From positions 150,001-182,000 of the forward strand of contig NC_016070.1 in assembly GCF_000253055.1 (NCBI RefSeq): a DNA stretch of 32,000 nt, given 5' to 3'. The notes beneath the pieces are model-generated. The model worked only from the letters and a program-made list of their open reading frames with translations. It searched no databases and was not told where the DNA came from. Positions 1 to 8,309 of the stretch are shown here, in pieces. Every line of letters starts with the position of its first letter. Within the stretch, counting starts at the first letter, position 1. The position numbers were made by a program, and so were the translations under genes. This stretch comes from Thermoproteus tenax Kra 1 (GTDB taxonomy: Archaea; Thermoproteota; Thermoprotei; Thermoproteales; Thermoproteaceae).

Positions 1-1038
1 CTCATAGTGAGGAACCCCGCTGTGTACAACGCCTCGACAGTGGCCTTAGTAACTGTGCAGAGGCCCGATGGACGCACGATACAGATAGGGCCTGTGGCCG
101 TTGACCGCCAGTTCCTCTCGTTGGGCCTCACACCGCAAGTTGCATCGCAAGTAGACAGCTTCTATCAGCAGAACTTCGGCCTAGCCTCAGCTGTGCCGGC
201 GGGCTCCTCGGCGGTTCCCTACTTCTTTTATACGATCGAAAATAATAAGCTCACTCCACTAAATGGTATTTATAAATTTACCATCAATATATATTCATTT
301 ACCAATAAACATTTAATAAATAAAAATGATATATCAATAGTCTTGGAGGGACAAGTGTACGGGCTGATGGGCACTGACTACCTGGGGCACGACCTATGGC
401 AAGGCCTCCTTGCGGGCTTTCCGATCGATCTCGCGGTCGGCCTCCTCACGGCGGCAATCGTTGTAACGTTGGCCATACTCGTGGGAGTCATCGCCGCATT
501 CTACGGAGGGTTCGTCGACGAGGTGCTGACGAGGATCACCGACTTCTTCATTCTCCTGCCCGCTTTCCCGCTCTTAATAGTGTTCTCCGTCCTCTTCCAG
601 TGGAGCATCTGGGACGCCGTGGTGTTCCTCGCCGCTGTGTCTTGGGGCGGCTCAGCCCGTATAATCAGGGCTATGATATTGCAGATCAAGAACTCGCCGT
701 TTATCGAAAGCGCTGTGGCGGCGGGAGCGGGTAAGCTTTGGGTGCTCCGCAACCACATATTGCCCATGGTCATGCCCTATACTCTCTACCTCTTTGTCGT
801 GAACGTGCCGGGAGGAATCTTGACGCTCTCGGCCATAAACTTCTTCAATCTGGCCGGCGCCGAGCTTCCCACGTGGGGCAACATACTGGCCTATGCGAAC
901 GAATACGGCGCTCTGACGTCGGGCTATTGGTGGTGGGTCGTGCCGCCGGGCCTGCTGATCACCTTCGTGGCAGTGACATTCATATTCGTGGCCATGGGCC
1001 TCGAGCCCGTGGTTAATCCAAGGCTCAGACACGCATAG
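1..1038 (+). CDS. Peptide/nickel-type ABC transporter permease (DppC/OppC family); 5' end outside the window
   Basis: Frame 1 is open from the window edge, with no stop before position 7. Five hydrophobic TM segments are visible, plus the GTDYLGHD motif that in OppC-type permeases follows TM1 and the large external loop. TM1 must therefore lie upstream. Two Opp/Dpp-type ATPase genes follow directly. Confidence 0.85.
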   Translation, partial: LIVRNPAVYNASTVALVTVQRPDGRTIQIGPVAVDRQFLSLGLTPQVASQVDSFYQQNFGLASAVPAGSSAVPYFFYTIENNKLTPLNGIYKFTINIYSFTNKHLINKNDISIVLEGQVYGLMGTDYLGHDLWQGLLAGFPIDLAVGLLTAAIVVTLAILVGVIAAFYGGFVDEVLTRITDFFILLPAFPLLIVFSVLFQWSIWDAVVFLAAVSWGGSARIIRAMILQIKNSPFIESAVAAGAGKLWVLRNHILPMVMPYTLYLFVVNVPGGILTLSAINFFNLAGAELPTWGNILAYANEYGALTSGYWWWVVPPGLLITFVAVTFIFVAMGLEPVVNPRLRHA

Positions 1039-1040
1039 CC

Positions 1041-2039
1041 ATGCCGCTCCTAGAGGTCAAAAACGCAAGGCTCTACTATCAGACGACCAAAGGGATACTC
1101 AGGGCGTTAGACGGCGTATCCTTCGAGTTGGGGGAAGGAGAGACGCTGGCCATAGTCGGCGAGACTGGCAGCGGCAAGTCGACGTTGGCCAAGCTGATAA
1201 CTAGGGTGTGGGAGAGGAACGTGGCTCTGGTCGACGGGGAGGTGTATCTTGAAAACGAGGAGATCCTCCACATGCCTGAAGAGAGGTTCAGAAAGGAGAT
1301 AAGGTGGCGCAAGGTAGCCATGGTGCCTCAAGCGTCTATGAATGCGCTCAACCCTGTGATTACCATCGGGGAGCAGATGGTGGAGCCCCTCGTGCTCCAA
1401 GGAGTGCCGAAACAAGAGGCCGTGCGCCTAGCCGCAGATTCGTTGGAGTCCGTAGGTCTCCCGAGGGACATCCTATCGAGATATCCTCACCAGCTCTCGG
1501 GCGGCATGAAGCAACGCGTGGTGATAGCCATGGCCATTATGGTGAGGCCGAAGTTGCTAATACTGGACGAGCCCACGTCGGCGCTCGACGTAATGACGCA
1601 AGCCAACATTATGAATCTCTTGAAGGAGCTCAAGAACAGGCTCAAGTTGAGCTACATCTTCATTACTCACGATCTGGCTCTGGCCAGCGAGCTCGCAGAC
1701 TCTGTGGCGGTAATGTACGCCGGCAAGATAGTGGAGATAGGAAGCGCGGACGACGTATACACAGCCCCGGCCCATCCGTATGCCCAAGGGCTGATGTCCA
1801 GTATGCCCACGCTGAGGACCGACAAGGCCCTCTCCTATATACCCGGCGAGGTGCCGAGCTTGATCGATCCGCCCAGAGGATGTCGCTTCCACCCGCGTTG
1901 TCCGTACTTCTCCAAGGAGCCTGGCCTCAGGGGGCTCTGCGACGCCGAGGAGCCGCCGCAGGCGGAGATATCGCCTTGGGCGCACCGCCGCCATCTGGCC
2001 GCATGTTGGCTCTATGGATATAAATCGAGCAGATCGTAG
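1041..2039 (+). CDS. Oligopeptide/dipeptide ABC transporter ATP-binding protein (DppD/OppD type)
   Basis: Walker A GETGSGKS, signature LSGGMKQR and Walker B LILDEPTS are present. The C-terminal Opp/Dpp extension carries [10 protein letters not shown]. The ATG lies 2 nt after the permease stop. Confidence 0.92.
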   Translation: MPLLEVKNARLYYQTTKGILRALDGVSFELGEGETLAIVGETGSGKSTLAKLITRVWERNVALVDGEVYLENEEILHMPEERFRKEIRWRKVAMVPQASMNALNPVITIGEQMVEPLVLQGVPKQEAVRLAADSLESVGLPRDILSRYPHQLSGGMKQRVVIAMAIMVRPKLLILDEPTSALDVMTQANIMNLLKELKNRLKLSYIFITHDLALASELADSVAVMYAGKIVEIGSADDVYTAPAHPYAQGLMSSMPTLRTDKALSYIPGEVPSLIDPPRGCRFHPRCPYFSKEPGLRGLCDAEEPPQAEISPWAHRRHLAACWLYGYKSSRS

Positions 2040-2043
2040 GGAT

Positions 2044-3066
2044 ATGGCCGCGAAGACGCTCGACGTACACGAGACGCCTTGGGTCCGCGGAGACGCGTTA
2101 GTGGTGGCCCATAGACTGAGGATGTGGTACTCCGTAAAGAAGGGCTTGTTCTCAAAGCCCGTCTACGTGAAGGCCGTTGACGACATCAGCTTAAGCGTAG
2201 ACAGAGGGGAGACTCTGGCGGTCGTTGGCGAATCCGGGAGCGGGAAGACCACGCTCGGCAGAACTCTGATCAGGCTTTTGAGGCCCACCGGGGGCGAGGT
2301 CTATTTCGATGGAAAAGACATAACCTACCAGCCCGAGGCGGAGCTGAGGAGTTGGTTCAGGAGAAGAGTATCTATAATATTCCAAGACCCCTACTCCAGC
2401 CTGCATCCGTACCACAGCATAGGCTTTATATTGGAGGAGCCGTTGATAATACACGGCGTGCCCAAGTCGGAGAGGATCGAAAGAGTTTATAGGGCTCTTG
2501 AGGAGGTGAAGCTCACTCCGCCGGACGACTTCATAAACAAATATCCCCACATGTTGTCGGGCGGCCAGAGGCAGCGTGTGGCCATAGCTAGGGCAATGAT
2601 ACTGAACCCCGAGTTCGTCGTAGCCGACGAGCCTGTGTCTATGCTCGACGTATCGGTGCGCGTGGAGATATTGAACTTGCTCAAGGACATGCAGCGTAAG
2701 TACAACGCAGCATTTCTCTATATCACCCACGATATATCTACAGCCAAGTATTTCAGCGACAATATAGCGATAATGTACGCAGGCAAGCTGGTGGAGTATG
2801 GGCCCTTCCGCTCAGTGATAAAGGAGCCTGCCCATCCGTACACTCAAGCGCTCATAGAGGCTATACCGGATCCAGACCCGAAGAACAGGCTGAGGCCGAG
2901 GAAGGTGGCCCCCGGCGAGCCGCCCAATTTGGCGAATCCGCCGCCCGGCTGCCGCTTCCATCCGCGCTGTCCCTTCGCGATGGAGATATGTAGGAGGGAG
3001 GAGCCGCCGATGGTGGAGGTGAGGCCCGGAGTCTACACGGCCTGTTGGCTTTACGTCAAACGGTAG
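2044..3066 (+). CDS. Oligopeptide/dipeptide ABC transporter ATP-binding protein (DppF/OppF type)
   Basis: Walker A GESGSGKT, signature LSGGQRQR, Walker B VVADEPVS and the C-terminal [10 protein letters not shown] motif are present. The track ORF starts at 2014 (26-nt overlap). I prefer the in-frame ATG at 2044, 4 nt after the upstream stop. Either start is possible. Confidence 0.9.
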   Translation: MAAKTLDVHETPWVRGDALVVAHRLRMWYSVKKGLFSKPVYVKAVDDISLSVDRGETLAVVGESGSGKTTLGRTLIRLLRPTGGEVYFDGKDITYQPEAELRSWFRRRVSIIFQDPYSSLHPYHSIGFILEEPLIIHGVPKSERIERVYRALEEVKLTPPDDFINKYPHMLSGGQRQRVAIARAMILNPEFVVADEPVSMLDVSVRVEILNLLKDMQRKYNAAFLYITHDISTAKYFSDNIAIMYAGKLVEYGPFRSVIKEPAHPYTQALIEAIPDPDPKNRLRPRKVAPGEPPNLANPPPGCRFHPRCPFAMEICRREEPPMVEVRPGVYTACWLYVKR

Positions 3067-3090
3067 CGCCTTTCGGCTCAACTTTATTTA

Positions 3091-3666
3091 ATGGTCGCGG
3101 ACTCTTGGATAGGCCCCCGCGTCAGATTCTCTTGTGCGCAGTGCGGCGAGTGTTGTAGACTCTACTGGGTCCCTGTGACTCACAGAGATATCGAGAGGAT
3201 ATCTCATAGGACTGGGCTGAGGCCCGCGGACTTCACGGCACCTATACCCAAGAGCGTCGTGGGCGAGTGGGGGCTCCCCTCCTTCCTTTTAGATGACGGC
3301 GAACATTATCTGATATTGAGAAAGAGGCTCGACGGATTTTGTGTGTTCATAAGCCCGGAGGAAGGCAAGTTCCGATGCGCTATCTATGACGCAAGGCCTC
3401 TGACTTGCCGCTTCTATCCCTTCGTCTATATCTCTGGGGAGCCCATTAGGTTCGAGCTTGCGGAGGACGCGCCGGCCCTCTGCCCCGGCATCGGGAGAGG
3501 CCCTACGGTCTCCTTCGGCTCAGTGGCCCGCTTCGCTGTACAGAGGGAGAAGGAATTGGAAGAATATAAAGCGTTGGTCAACCGATGGAATAGACTGGTG
3601 TTATCCGGAGCTGTGAGGCCCTCCTTCGAGGTATATCTGGACTTCCTGCTCAGCCCTCCCCCGTAG
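3091..3666 (+). CDS. YkgJ/UPF0153-family Fe-S/zinc cluster protein (CxxCxxCC motif)
   Basis: The N-terminal CAQCGECC motif plus later conserved Cys (C..F, CRFYPF) is typical of the putative zinc- or iron-chelating CxxCxxCC family. Confidence 0.7.
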   Translation: MVADSWIGPRVRFSCAQCGECCRLYWVPVTHRDIERISHRTGLRPADFTAPIPKSVVGEWGLPSFLLDDGEHYLILRKRLDGFCVFISPEEGKFRCAIYDARPLTCRFYPFVYISGEPIRFELAEDAPALCPGIGRGPTVSFGSVARFAVQREKELEEYKALVNRWNRLVLSGAVRPSFEVYLDFLLSPPP

Positions 3667-3789
3667 CGCCGGGCCCGCGCTTGGGTTATTCCGACCGGGC
3701 GCCTCGGCGGCGCCGCAGTAGGGGCCCAGCTGGGCCGCGTCCGTCTGCTGGCCCAGAGCCTAGCGAGAGACTAGTGCGCCTAGATGGCT

Positions 3790-3805
3790 GAAAAATTTTA
3801 AAAGG
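3790..3805 (+). promoter_or_regulatory. BRE/TATA-like element for the eS30-trmI unit (leaderless spacing)
   Basis: gaaaaattttaaaagg is centred about 26 nt upstream of the ATG at 3825, in otherwise GC-rich DNA. Confidence 0.55.
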
Positions 3806-3824
3806 CAGTGTCTTCTTAGGCAAT

Positions 3825-3989
3825 ATGCCGTCCCACGGCAGTTTGACCAAGGCGGGCAAAGTGAGATCCCAGACCCCCAAGATACCCCCGAAGCCCAAGA
3901 GGAATCTGACGCCGAGGAGGAGGAACTCGAGGAACTACAGAAGGAGGATAGTCTACGCAGCCCAGTCCGCCGAGGCGGCGGCCGAGTAG
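3825..3989 (+). CDS. rps30e: 30S ribosomal protein eS30 (S30e), 54 aa; not in the supplied ORF track
   Basis: ATG at 3825 to TAG at 3987-3989 translates to [54 protein letters not shown]. The [14 protein letters not shown] core is the eS30 hallmark. A TATA-like gaaaaattttaaaagg lies about 25 nt upstream. The stop is 1 nt before the trmI start. Confidence 0.8.
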   Translation: MPSHGSLTKAGKVRSQTPKIPPKPKRNLTPRRRNSRNYRRRIVYAAQSAEAAAE

Positions 3990-3990
3990 C

Positions 3991-4758
3991 TTGAAGAAAG
4001 GAGACTGGCTTTTATTGATATCCGAGGACGGCTATAAACATGTAGTGAGGTATTCGGGCAGGAGAATAGAGACCATCAGAGGCTTTCTGGAGCCCTCAGA
4101 TCTGGAGGCCGCTAGATACGGAGATGTGCTGACGACGAGTTTGGGGCACAAACTCTATGTGTTGAGGCCGACGTTGTACGACATCATGCCCCACTTGAGA
4201 CACGCAACGCAGGTTATATATCCATTGGACGCCGAATTCATAGCGTTGGTGGCAGGCATAGGCCCCGGCTCAGTGGTGGTCGAGGCGGGCACAGGCTCGG
4301 GCCATCTGGCCGCGTTGCTCGCATGGCGCGTGGGCCCCCAAGGGGTCGTGTACACGTTCGAGAAGCGGCCCAACTTCGCCGAAATCGCGTGGGGCAATAT
4401 AAAGTCGTTGGGTCTCGAGGATAGAGTGGAGCTCGCGGTGGCCGACGTAGTTTCCCACGGCTTTGGCGTCAAAAACGCCGATGCGGCCGTCTTAGATATG
4501 GGGGACCCGTGGAACGCAGTAGGCGCTGCCTTGAGGGCGCTGAGGCGCGGAGGTGCGTTGGTCATATTCAGCACGACGGTAGACCACGCACAGAAGAGCT
4601 TGTCCGCTCTACGGAGGGCGGGGGTTTTAGACATAAATATGGCCGAACTCTCGGCGAGGTTCTGGAAGATCTCCGAGGGCGAGATGAGGCCTGAGACGAG
4701 GACTGTGTCGTTCACCGGCTTTGTAATATGGGGGAGATCGCCCGGCATCAAGCTTTAA
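3991..4758 (+). CDS. trmI: tRNA (adenine57/58-N1)-methyltransferase TrmI (Gcd14 family)
   Basis: The N-terminal small beta domain (KGDWLLLISEDGYKHVV) is present. So are the SAM-binding VVEAGTGSGHL and the DMGDPW motif. Length and order match the archaeal TrmI I remember. The start codon is TTG. Confidence 0.85.
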   Translation: MKKGDWLLLISEDGYKHVVRYSGRRIETIRGFLEPSDLEAARYGDVLTTSLGHKLYVLRPTLYDIMPHLRHATQVIYPLDAEFIALVAGIGPGSVVVEAGTGSGHLAALLAWRVGPQGVVYTFEKRPNFAEIAWGNIKSLGLEDRVELAVADVVSHGFGVKNADAAVLDMGDPWNAVGAALRALRRGGALVIFSTTVDHAQKSLSALRRAGVLDINMAELSARFWKISEGEMRPETRTVSFTGFVIWGRSPGIKL

Positions 4759-4836
4759 ATTATTTGGCGGAATGTCGCCATGCGCCCTATTAGGGAGCCC
4801 CGCCCTCATCCCAGGGAGAAATTGAAGGCGAACCTT

Positions 4837-6243
4837 ATGGAGTGGTTCCACTGGCTTTTACGAGAGGCGGAGATATACGACATAAGATACCCTGTCAAAG
4901 GCGCCTTCGTCTGGATGCCGTACGGCATGAAGATAAGGCGGAACGTGGAGGCCTTGATCCGGCAGCTCCACGATTCCACCGGCCACCAGGAGGTGCTTTT
5001 CCCAGTCTTTATACCCTACGAGTTCTTCAGCAAGGAGTCGCAACACATCAGGGGGTTCGAGTCCGAGGTCTTCTGGGTCTCTAAGGGTGGAGAGGCCGGC
5101 GAAAGGCTGATATTGAGGCCGACGTCGGAGACGGCAATAATGCCCATGTTCAAACTGTGGATAAAGGATCACACAGATCTGCCCTTGGCCGTATATCAGA
5201 TCGTCAGCGTGTTCAGAGCTGAGACCAAGATGACGAACCCCATGATAAGGGTCAGAGAGATAAGCATGTTCAAGGAAGCCCATACTGCTCATGCGGACAG
5301 AGAGGACGCAGAGAGGCAGGTGAGGATGGCCGTGGAGATATATAAGAAGATCTTCGATGAGATGTGTATCCCTTACTTGATCTCCCGCCGGACTGAGTGG
5401 GACAAGTTCGCCGGCGCCGTCTACACTATTGCGTTCGACACCATACTGCCGGACGGGAGGACTCTCCAGATCGGGACTGTGCACTACCTCGGCACTAACT
5501 TCTCCAAGGTCTTCGAGGTGACATATCTTAAGCCGGACGGCGCCCACGAATTAGTCCATACAACCTCATACGGCATATCTGAAAGGAGCATAGCGGCCAT
5601 GCTCATAATCCACGGGGACGACGCCGGCACTACGATACCGCCCAAGCTTGCCCCCATACAAGTTGTCATAGTACCCATAGTTTACGGCGACGAGAGGAAG
5701 GCTGTGATGGATACTGCACAGTCCGTTGCCGACAAGCTGAGCGCTATCGGTCTGAGGGTCCACATAGACGCGAGGGAGGACAAGACGCCGGGCTGGAAGT
5801 TCTACTATTGGGAGTTGAAGGGAGTCCCTCTGAGGATCGAAATAGGCAAGAGAGACCTGGAACAGAGGTCGGTGGTTGTGACCAGGAGGGACACACTGGA
5901 GAAGTACTCCGTGGGGTTGGACGAGCTCGAGGAGGCCGTCAAGAGGATAATGGAGCAGATCACAGAGAACTTGAGGAAGACGGCGTGGGAGAGGCTCAGA
6001 TCCTCAGTCGTAGCCGCGGGCTCTATAGAGGAGGCGCGGAGAGCTCTAGGCGAGGGCAAAGTGGTCGAGGTGCCCTGGAGCGGCGACAACGACTGCGGGC
6101 TCAAAATATCCGAGATGTTGCGGGCAGACGCGCTGGGCACCCCCATGGATAAGGAGCCGGACATCGGCGGCTCCGACATGAGAGACTTGGCGTGTCCAGA
6201 GAAGAGGGCCAACTACTGGCTAAGGCTCTCTGAGCGCTACTAG
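4837..6243 (+). CDS. proS: Prolyl-tRNA synthetase, archaeal/eukaryotic type
   Basis: [27 protein letters not shown] matches archaeal ProRS N-termini. The class II motifs are present (RPTSET, FRAE), and the C-terminal residue is Tyr, as is typical of this ProRS type. The track ORF starts at 4780. A TATA-like ctttaaattattt at 4753-4765 would place the transcription start near 4784, so I prefer the ATG at 4837. Confidence 0.93.
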   Translation: MEWFHWLLREAEIYDIRYPVKGAFVWMPYGMKIRRNVEALIRQLHDSTGHQEVLFPVFIPYEFFSKESQHIRGFESEVFWVSKGGEAGERLILRPTSETAIMPMFKLWIKDHTDLPLAVYQIVSVFRAETKMTNPMIRVREISMFKEAHTAHADREDAERQVRMAVEIYKKIFDEMCIPYLISRRTEWDKFAGAVYTIAFDTILPDGRTLQIGTVHYLGTNFSKVFEVTYLKPDGAHELVHTTSYGISERSIAAMLIIHGDDAGTTIPPKLAPIQVVIVPIVYGDERKAVMDTAQSVADKLSAIGLRVHIDAREDKTPGWKFYYWELKGVPLRIEIGKRDLEQRSVVVTRRDTLEKYSVGLDELEEAVKRIMEQITENLRKTAWERLRSSVVAAGSIEEARRALGEGKVVEVPWSGDNDCGLKISEMLRADALGTPMDKEPDIGGSDMRDLACPEKRANYWLRLSERY

Positions 6244-6257
6244 AAAAATTTATAAGG
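6244..6257 (+). promoter_or_regulatory. TATA-like element for eS26 (leaderless spacing)
   Basis: aaaaatttataagg is centred about 27 nt upstream of the ATG at 6279. Confidence 0.55.
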
Positions 6258-6278
6258 AGGGCGCTTTTGTAGGGGCGT

Positions 6279-6569
6279 ATGCCGAAGAAGAGAAAAAACC
6301 GAGGTAGACACAAGGGCGATAAGGGCCATGAGACCATGGTTCACTGCGACAACTGCGGCAAGTTGGTGCCTAGATCTAAGGCGGTCCGCGTGACAGTGCC
6401 CTATAGCCCAGTGCCGCCAGATCTAGCGAAAGAGCTAGAAAAGCAAGGCGCCATAATACCCAAGTACTTCATAACGAGGACATACTGCATAAACTGCGCA
6501 GTCTTCTTCGGTTTGATCAAGGTGAGGCCGAGAGAGGAGAGGAAAAAGAGGGCTGCGCTGGCCGCTTGA
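6279..6569 (+). CDS. rps26e: 30S ribosomal protein eS26 (S26e)
   Basis: MPKKRKNRGRHKG..VHCDNCGKLVPRSKA..YCINCA is the eS26 zinc-ribbon pattern. Confidence 0.93.
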   Translation: MPKKRKNRGRHKGDKGHETMVHCDNCGKLVPRSKAVRVTVPYSPVPPDLAKELEKQGAIIPKYFITRTYCINCAVFFGLIKVRPREERKKRAALAA

Positions 6570-7057
6570 GCTTTTTGATAAAATCTGACACTGCTTGTTG
6601 GAGCGATTTCCCTCCCGCCCCCCTGGTCAGGGGCAGAGCCGACGTACTCCTCGACTTCGCTCTGGAGGCCATGAGGGCTGGGGCAAGGAGAGTATACTTG
6701 GTGTTCTGCGACGACGTAGTTGTCGAGGTGGACGAGATAAAGGCCCGTAGCGCTCGCGAGCTCGCCCTCGAGCTCCTCAACAAGAGGCGCTATAGAGGAT
6801 CGCTCAAGGACGTAGTTGAGGCGTGGAGAGGCCCAGTTTTCTATCTCCACGAGCGCGGGGTAGACATAGACCGCGCCGACATAGGCCCCGGCTCTCTAGT
6901 AGTGGTGGGCGATCAAGACGGCCTCTCCAGAGACGACGAAGAGTATCTGAGGACAAAAGCGACGTGGGTGTCCCTGGGTCCAGCGCCGTACCTCAGCTGG
7001 TTCTGTGCACCCTATGTGATGTTCAAAATAAAAAGGTCTTCCAGCAAGAGGGCGTGA
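6566..7057 (+). CDS. SPOUT-fold protein resembling tRNA (pseudouridine54-N1)-methyltransferase TrmY (DUF358/COG1901)
   Basis: The blocks GRADVLLDF (compare GRLDLLCR in TrmY), VFYLHERG.D and VVVGDQDGLSRDDEEYL....VSLGP.PYLSWFC parallel M. jannaschii TrmY as I remember it. The protein is shorter than typical TrmY. The TTG start overlaps the eS26 stop. Confidence 0.6.
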   Translation: MSFLIKSDTACWSDFPPAPLVRGRADVLLDFALEAMRAGARRVYLVFCDDVVVEVDEIKARSARELALELLNKRRYRGSLKDVVEAWRGPVFYLHERGVDIDRADIGPGSLVVVGDQDGLSRDDEEYLRTKATWVSLGPAPYLSWFCAPYVMFKIKRSSSKRA

Positions 7058-7614
7058 TCGAGAGGCTAAGGAAATACGTAAAACTGGAGGGGATAGGCCG
7101 CCGCGTGCCTCTGTCTGCAGACGTAGTAACGATGCTCTCCTTAGGCGTGGCCCTCGCCGGAGTCTATTTGACGTGGAAGGGCGCGCCCGGATGGATCTTT
7201 ATAGCAGCGGTGGGGATTCTGGACGCCATAGACGGGGCCGTGGCCCGCGCTAAGGGCACGGCGGGTAGGCGCGGCGCCCTCCTCGACTCCTCGTTGGACA
7301 GATACGCAGACGCGGCCATCCTGCTCTATTTTGCACAGTGGGCGCCTCTATGGGTCTTGTATGCAGCCCTCGTGGGCACCTTTTTGATAAGCTACGTGAG
7401 GGCGCGCGCGGAGTCCCTCGGGCTTGCCATGAGGGGCATCGGCTTAATGGAGAGGGGCGAGAGGATCATCTACTTGTTCGCGGCCTCTCTCCTGGGCTGG
7501 CTCACGCCCTCGATCATTGCGCCGGCCCTTTATGTCTATACAATCGTCGTAAATGCAGCGGCAGTCTACAGACTCGTAGCCGCCTACCGTATGCTGAAGT
7601 CAGACGGCCGTTAG
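7054..7614 (+). CDS. CDP-alcohol phosphatidyltransferase family protein (archaetidylinositol-phosphate-synthase-like size)
   Basis: DAIDGAVARAKGTAGRRGALLDSSLDRYAD fits D-x2-DG-x2-AR-x8-G-x3-D-x3-D, and several TM helices are present. I trimmed the track ORF (6823..7614) to the in-frame GTG at 7054, which overlaps the upstream stop. The Arg-rich upstream extension overlaps the TrmY-like gene and looks non-coding. Confidence 0.85.
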   Translation: MIERLRKYVKLEGIGRRVPLSADVVTMLSLGVALAGVYLTWKGAPGWIFIAAVGILDAIDGAVARAKGTAGRRGALLDSSLDRYADAAILLYFAQWAPLWVLYAALVGTFLISYVRARAESLGLAMRGIGLMERGERIIYLFAASLLGWLTPSIIAPALYVYTIVVNAAAVYRLVAAYRMLKSDGR

Positions 7615-7639
7615 ATTTCCTCTGAGGCAAATAAATAAA

Positions 7640-8065
7640 TTGGTGAACTTTCGGCCTTCCGTGAGCATTGTGGCCAAGATTTCGCAGGGGAAAATAGTGG
7701 AGAAGAGGATCGTGGAGGGGAAGGTCTACGACGCAGTTAAGAGGGAGGGCGCGGCCCTGTTAAACAAGTGGAACCCCACCTCCTCGGACTTCATAATCCT
7801 TAGGGACTACGTCACATTGAGCTACAAAGCCCCGATCACTAAGGAGCTCCTGGAGAAGATACGGGAGTTCTCGCCGAAGAGGATCGGCGATAAGATCGAG
7901 GTGACGGTGCCTGTCTTCGAGGTTGTGTACAACAGTACCTGGACGGGCGACAACATGAAGATAGACGACGCCGTGGTCGTCGCGCCGCACATAGACGACG
8001 AGTCGGACCAGAGGATTCTGGACTCCGTGGCGAGGGAATTCGCCGAGGCGGAGGAGATGGAATGA
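7640..8065 (+). CDS. Hypothetical protein with acidic C-terminus
   Basis: The ORF has host-like codon usage and no motif that I recognise. A TATA-like aaataaataaatt abuts 7640, so the in-frame GTG at 7661 is a plausible leaderless start. Confidence 0.6.
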   Translation: MVNFRPSVSIVAKISQGKIVEKRIVEGKVYDAVKREGAALLNKWNPTSSDFIILRDYVTLSYKAPITKELLEKIREFSPKRIGDKIEVTVPVFEVVYNSTWTGDNMKIDDAVVVAPHIDDESDQRILDSVAREFAEAEEME

Positions 8066-8074
8066 CCGCGCTCT

Positions 8075-8090
8075 CCGCCCTAAAGGGCGG
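8075..8090. terminator. Hairpin CCGCCC-TAAA-GGGCGG, 10 nt after the stop of the 7640..8065 CDS
   Basis: This is a perfect 6-bp stem with a 4-nt loop. The core CCTAAAGGGCG recurs at 8278-8288 and, as its reverse complement, at 24434-24444. Confidence 0.4.
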
Positions 8091-8309
8091 GGGCCTCACT
8101 GCGGGGATCTCGCCCGTTGCCCGGGGTTAATGGGCCGCGGCGGAGCGGGCATTGCGGCGTCCCCCCGCCAGGGCCGTCCCTCGTTGAAGTTCGCCCCCCG
8201 CGCGGCGGCCGCCGCGGCCCCCTCCCTCTCTGCGTCTTCACCTGCTCTGCCCTGAAAAAATATAAAATCCATCCCCACCTAAAGGGCGAGGCTTTCTGTC
8301 GTAAGCCTC

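Noticed and set aside
3667-3789. Cluster of GC palindromes (ggcgcc..ggcgcc, ggcccagctgggcc) after the YkgJ-like gene as a possible tRNA or sRNA
   Set aside because: I could not fold it into a cloverleaf on either strand. No conserved tRNA D- or T-loop sequences are present. It is probably just a GC-rich 3' region, though this is untested.
4780-4836. 19-codon N-terminal extension of proS
   Set aside because: Archaeal ProRS proteins begin close to the (M)E..W(F/Y) motif. The TATA-like element at 4753-4765 places the transcription start at or after 4780. I cannot exclude a leaderless start at 4780.
5054-5064. tRNA T-arm-like string ggttcgagtcc
   Set aside because: It lies inside the proS coding frame (GFESE). 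No acceptor, D or anticodon arms can be built around it.
6823-7053. Upstream extension of the CDP-alcohol phosphatidyltransferase ORF
   Set aside because: The Arg/Pro/Ser-rich translation overlaps the TrmY-like gene in another frame. The in-frame GTG at 7054 overlaps the upstream stop, and the recognisable protein starts just after it.
8201-8216. Perfect 16-nt palindrome CGCGGCGGCCGCCGCG
   Set aside because: About one 8-bp-arm palindrome is expected by chance in 32 kb, and more in GC-rich DNA. It is noted only as part of the GC-rich spacer finding.
8066-8309. Possible RNase P RNA or SRP RNA in the GC-rich spacer
   Set aside because: I looked for a CR-I-like GAGGAAAGUCC and ACAGAA P4 strands, and for SRP helix-8 GNAR or AGCA motifs on both strands. 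I found none. The length is also too short for SRP RNA.
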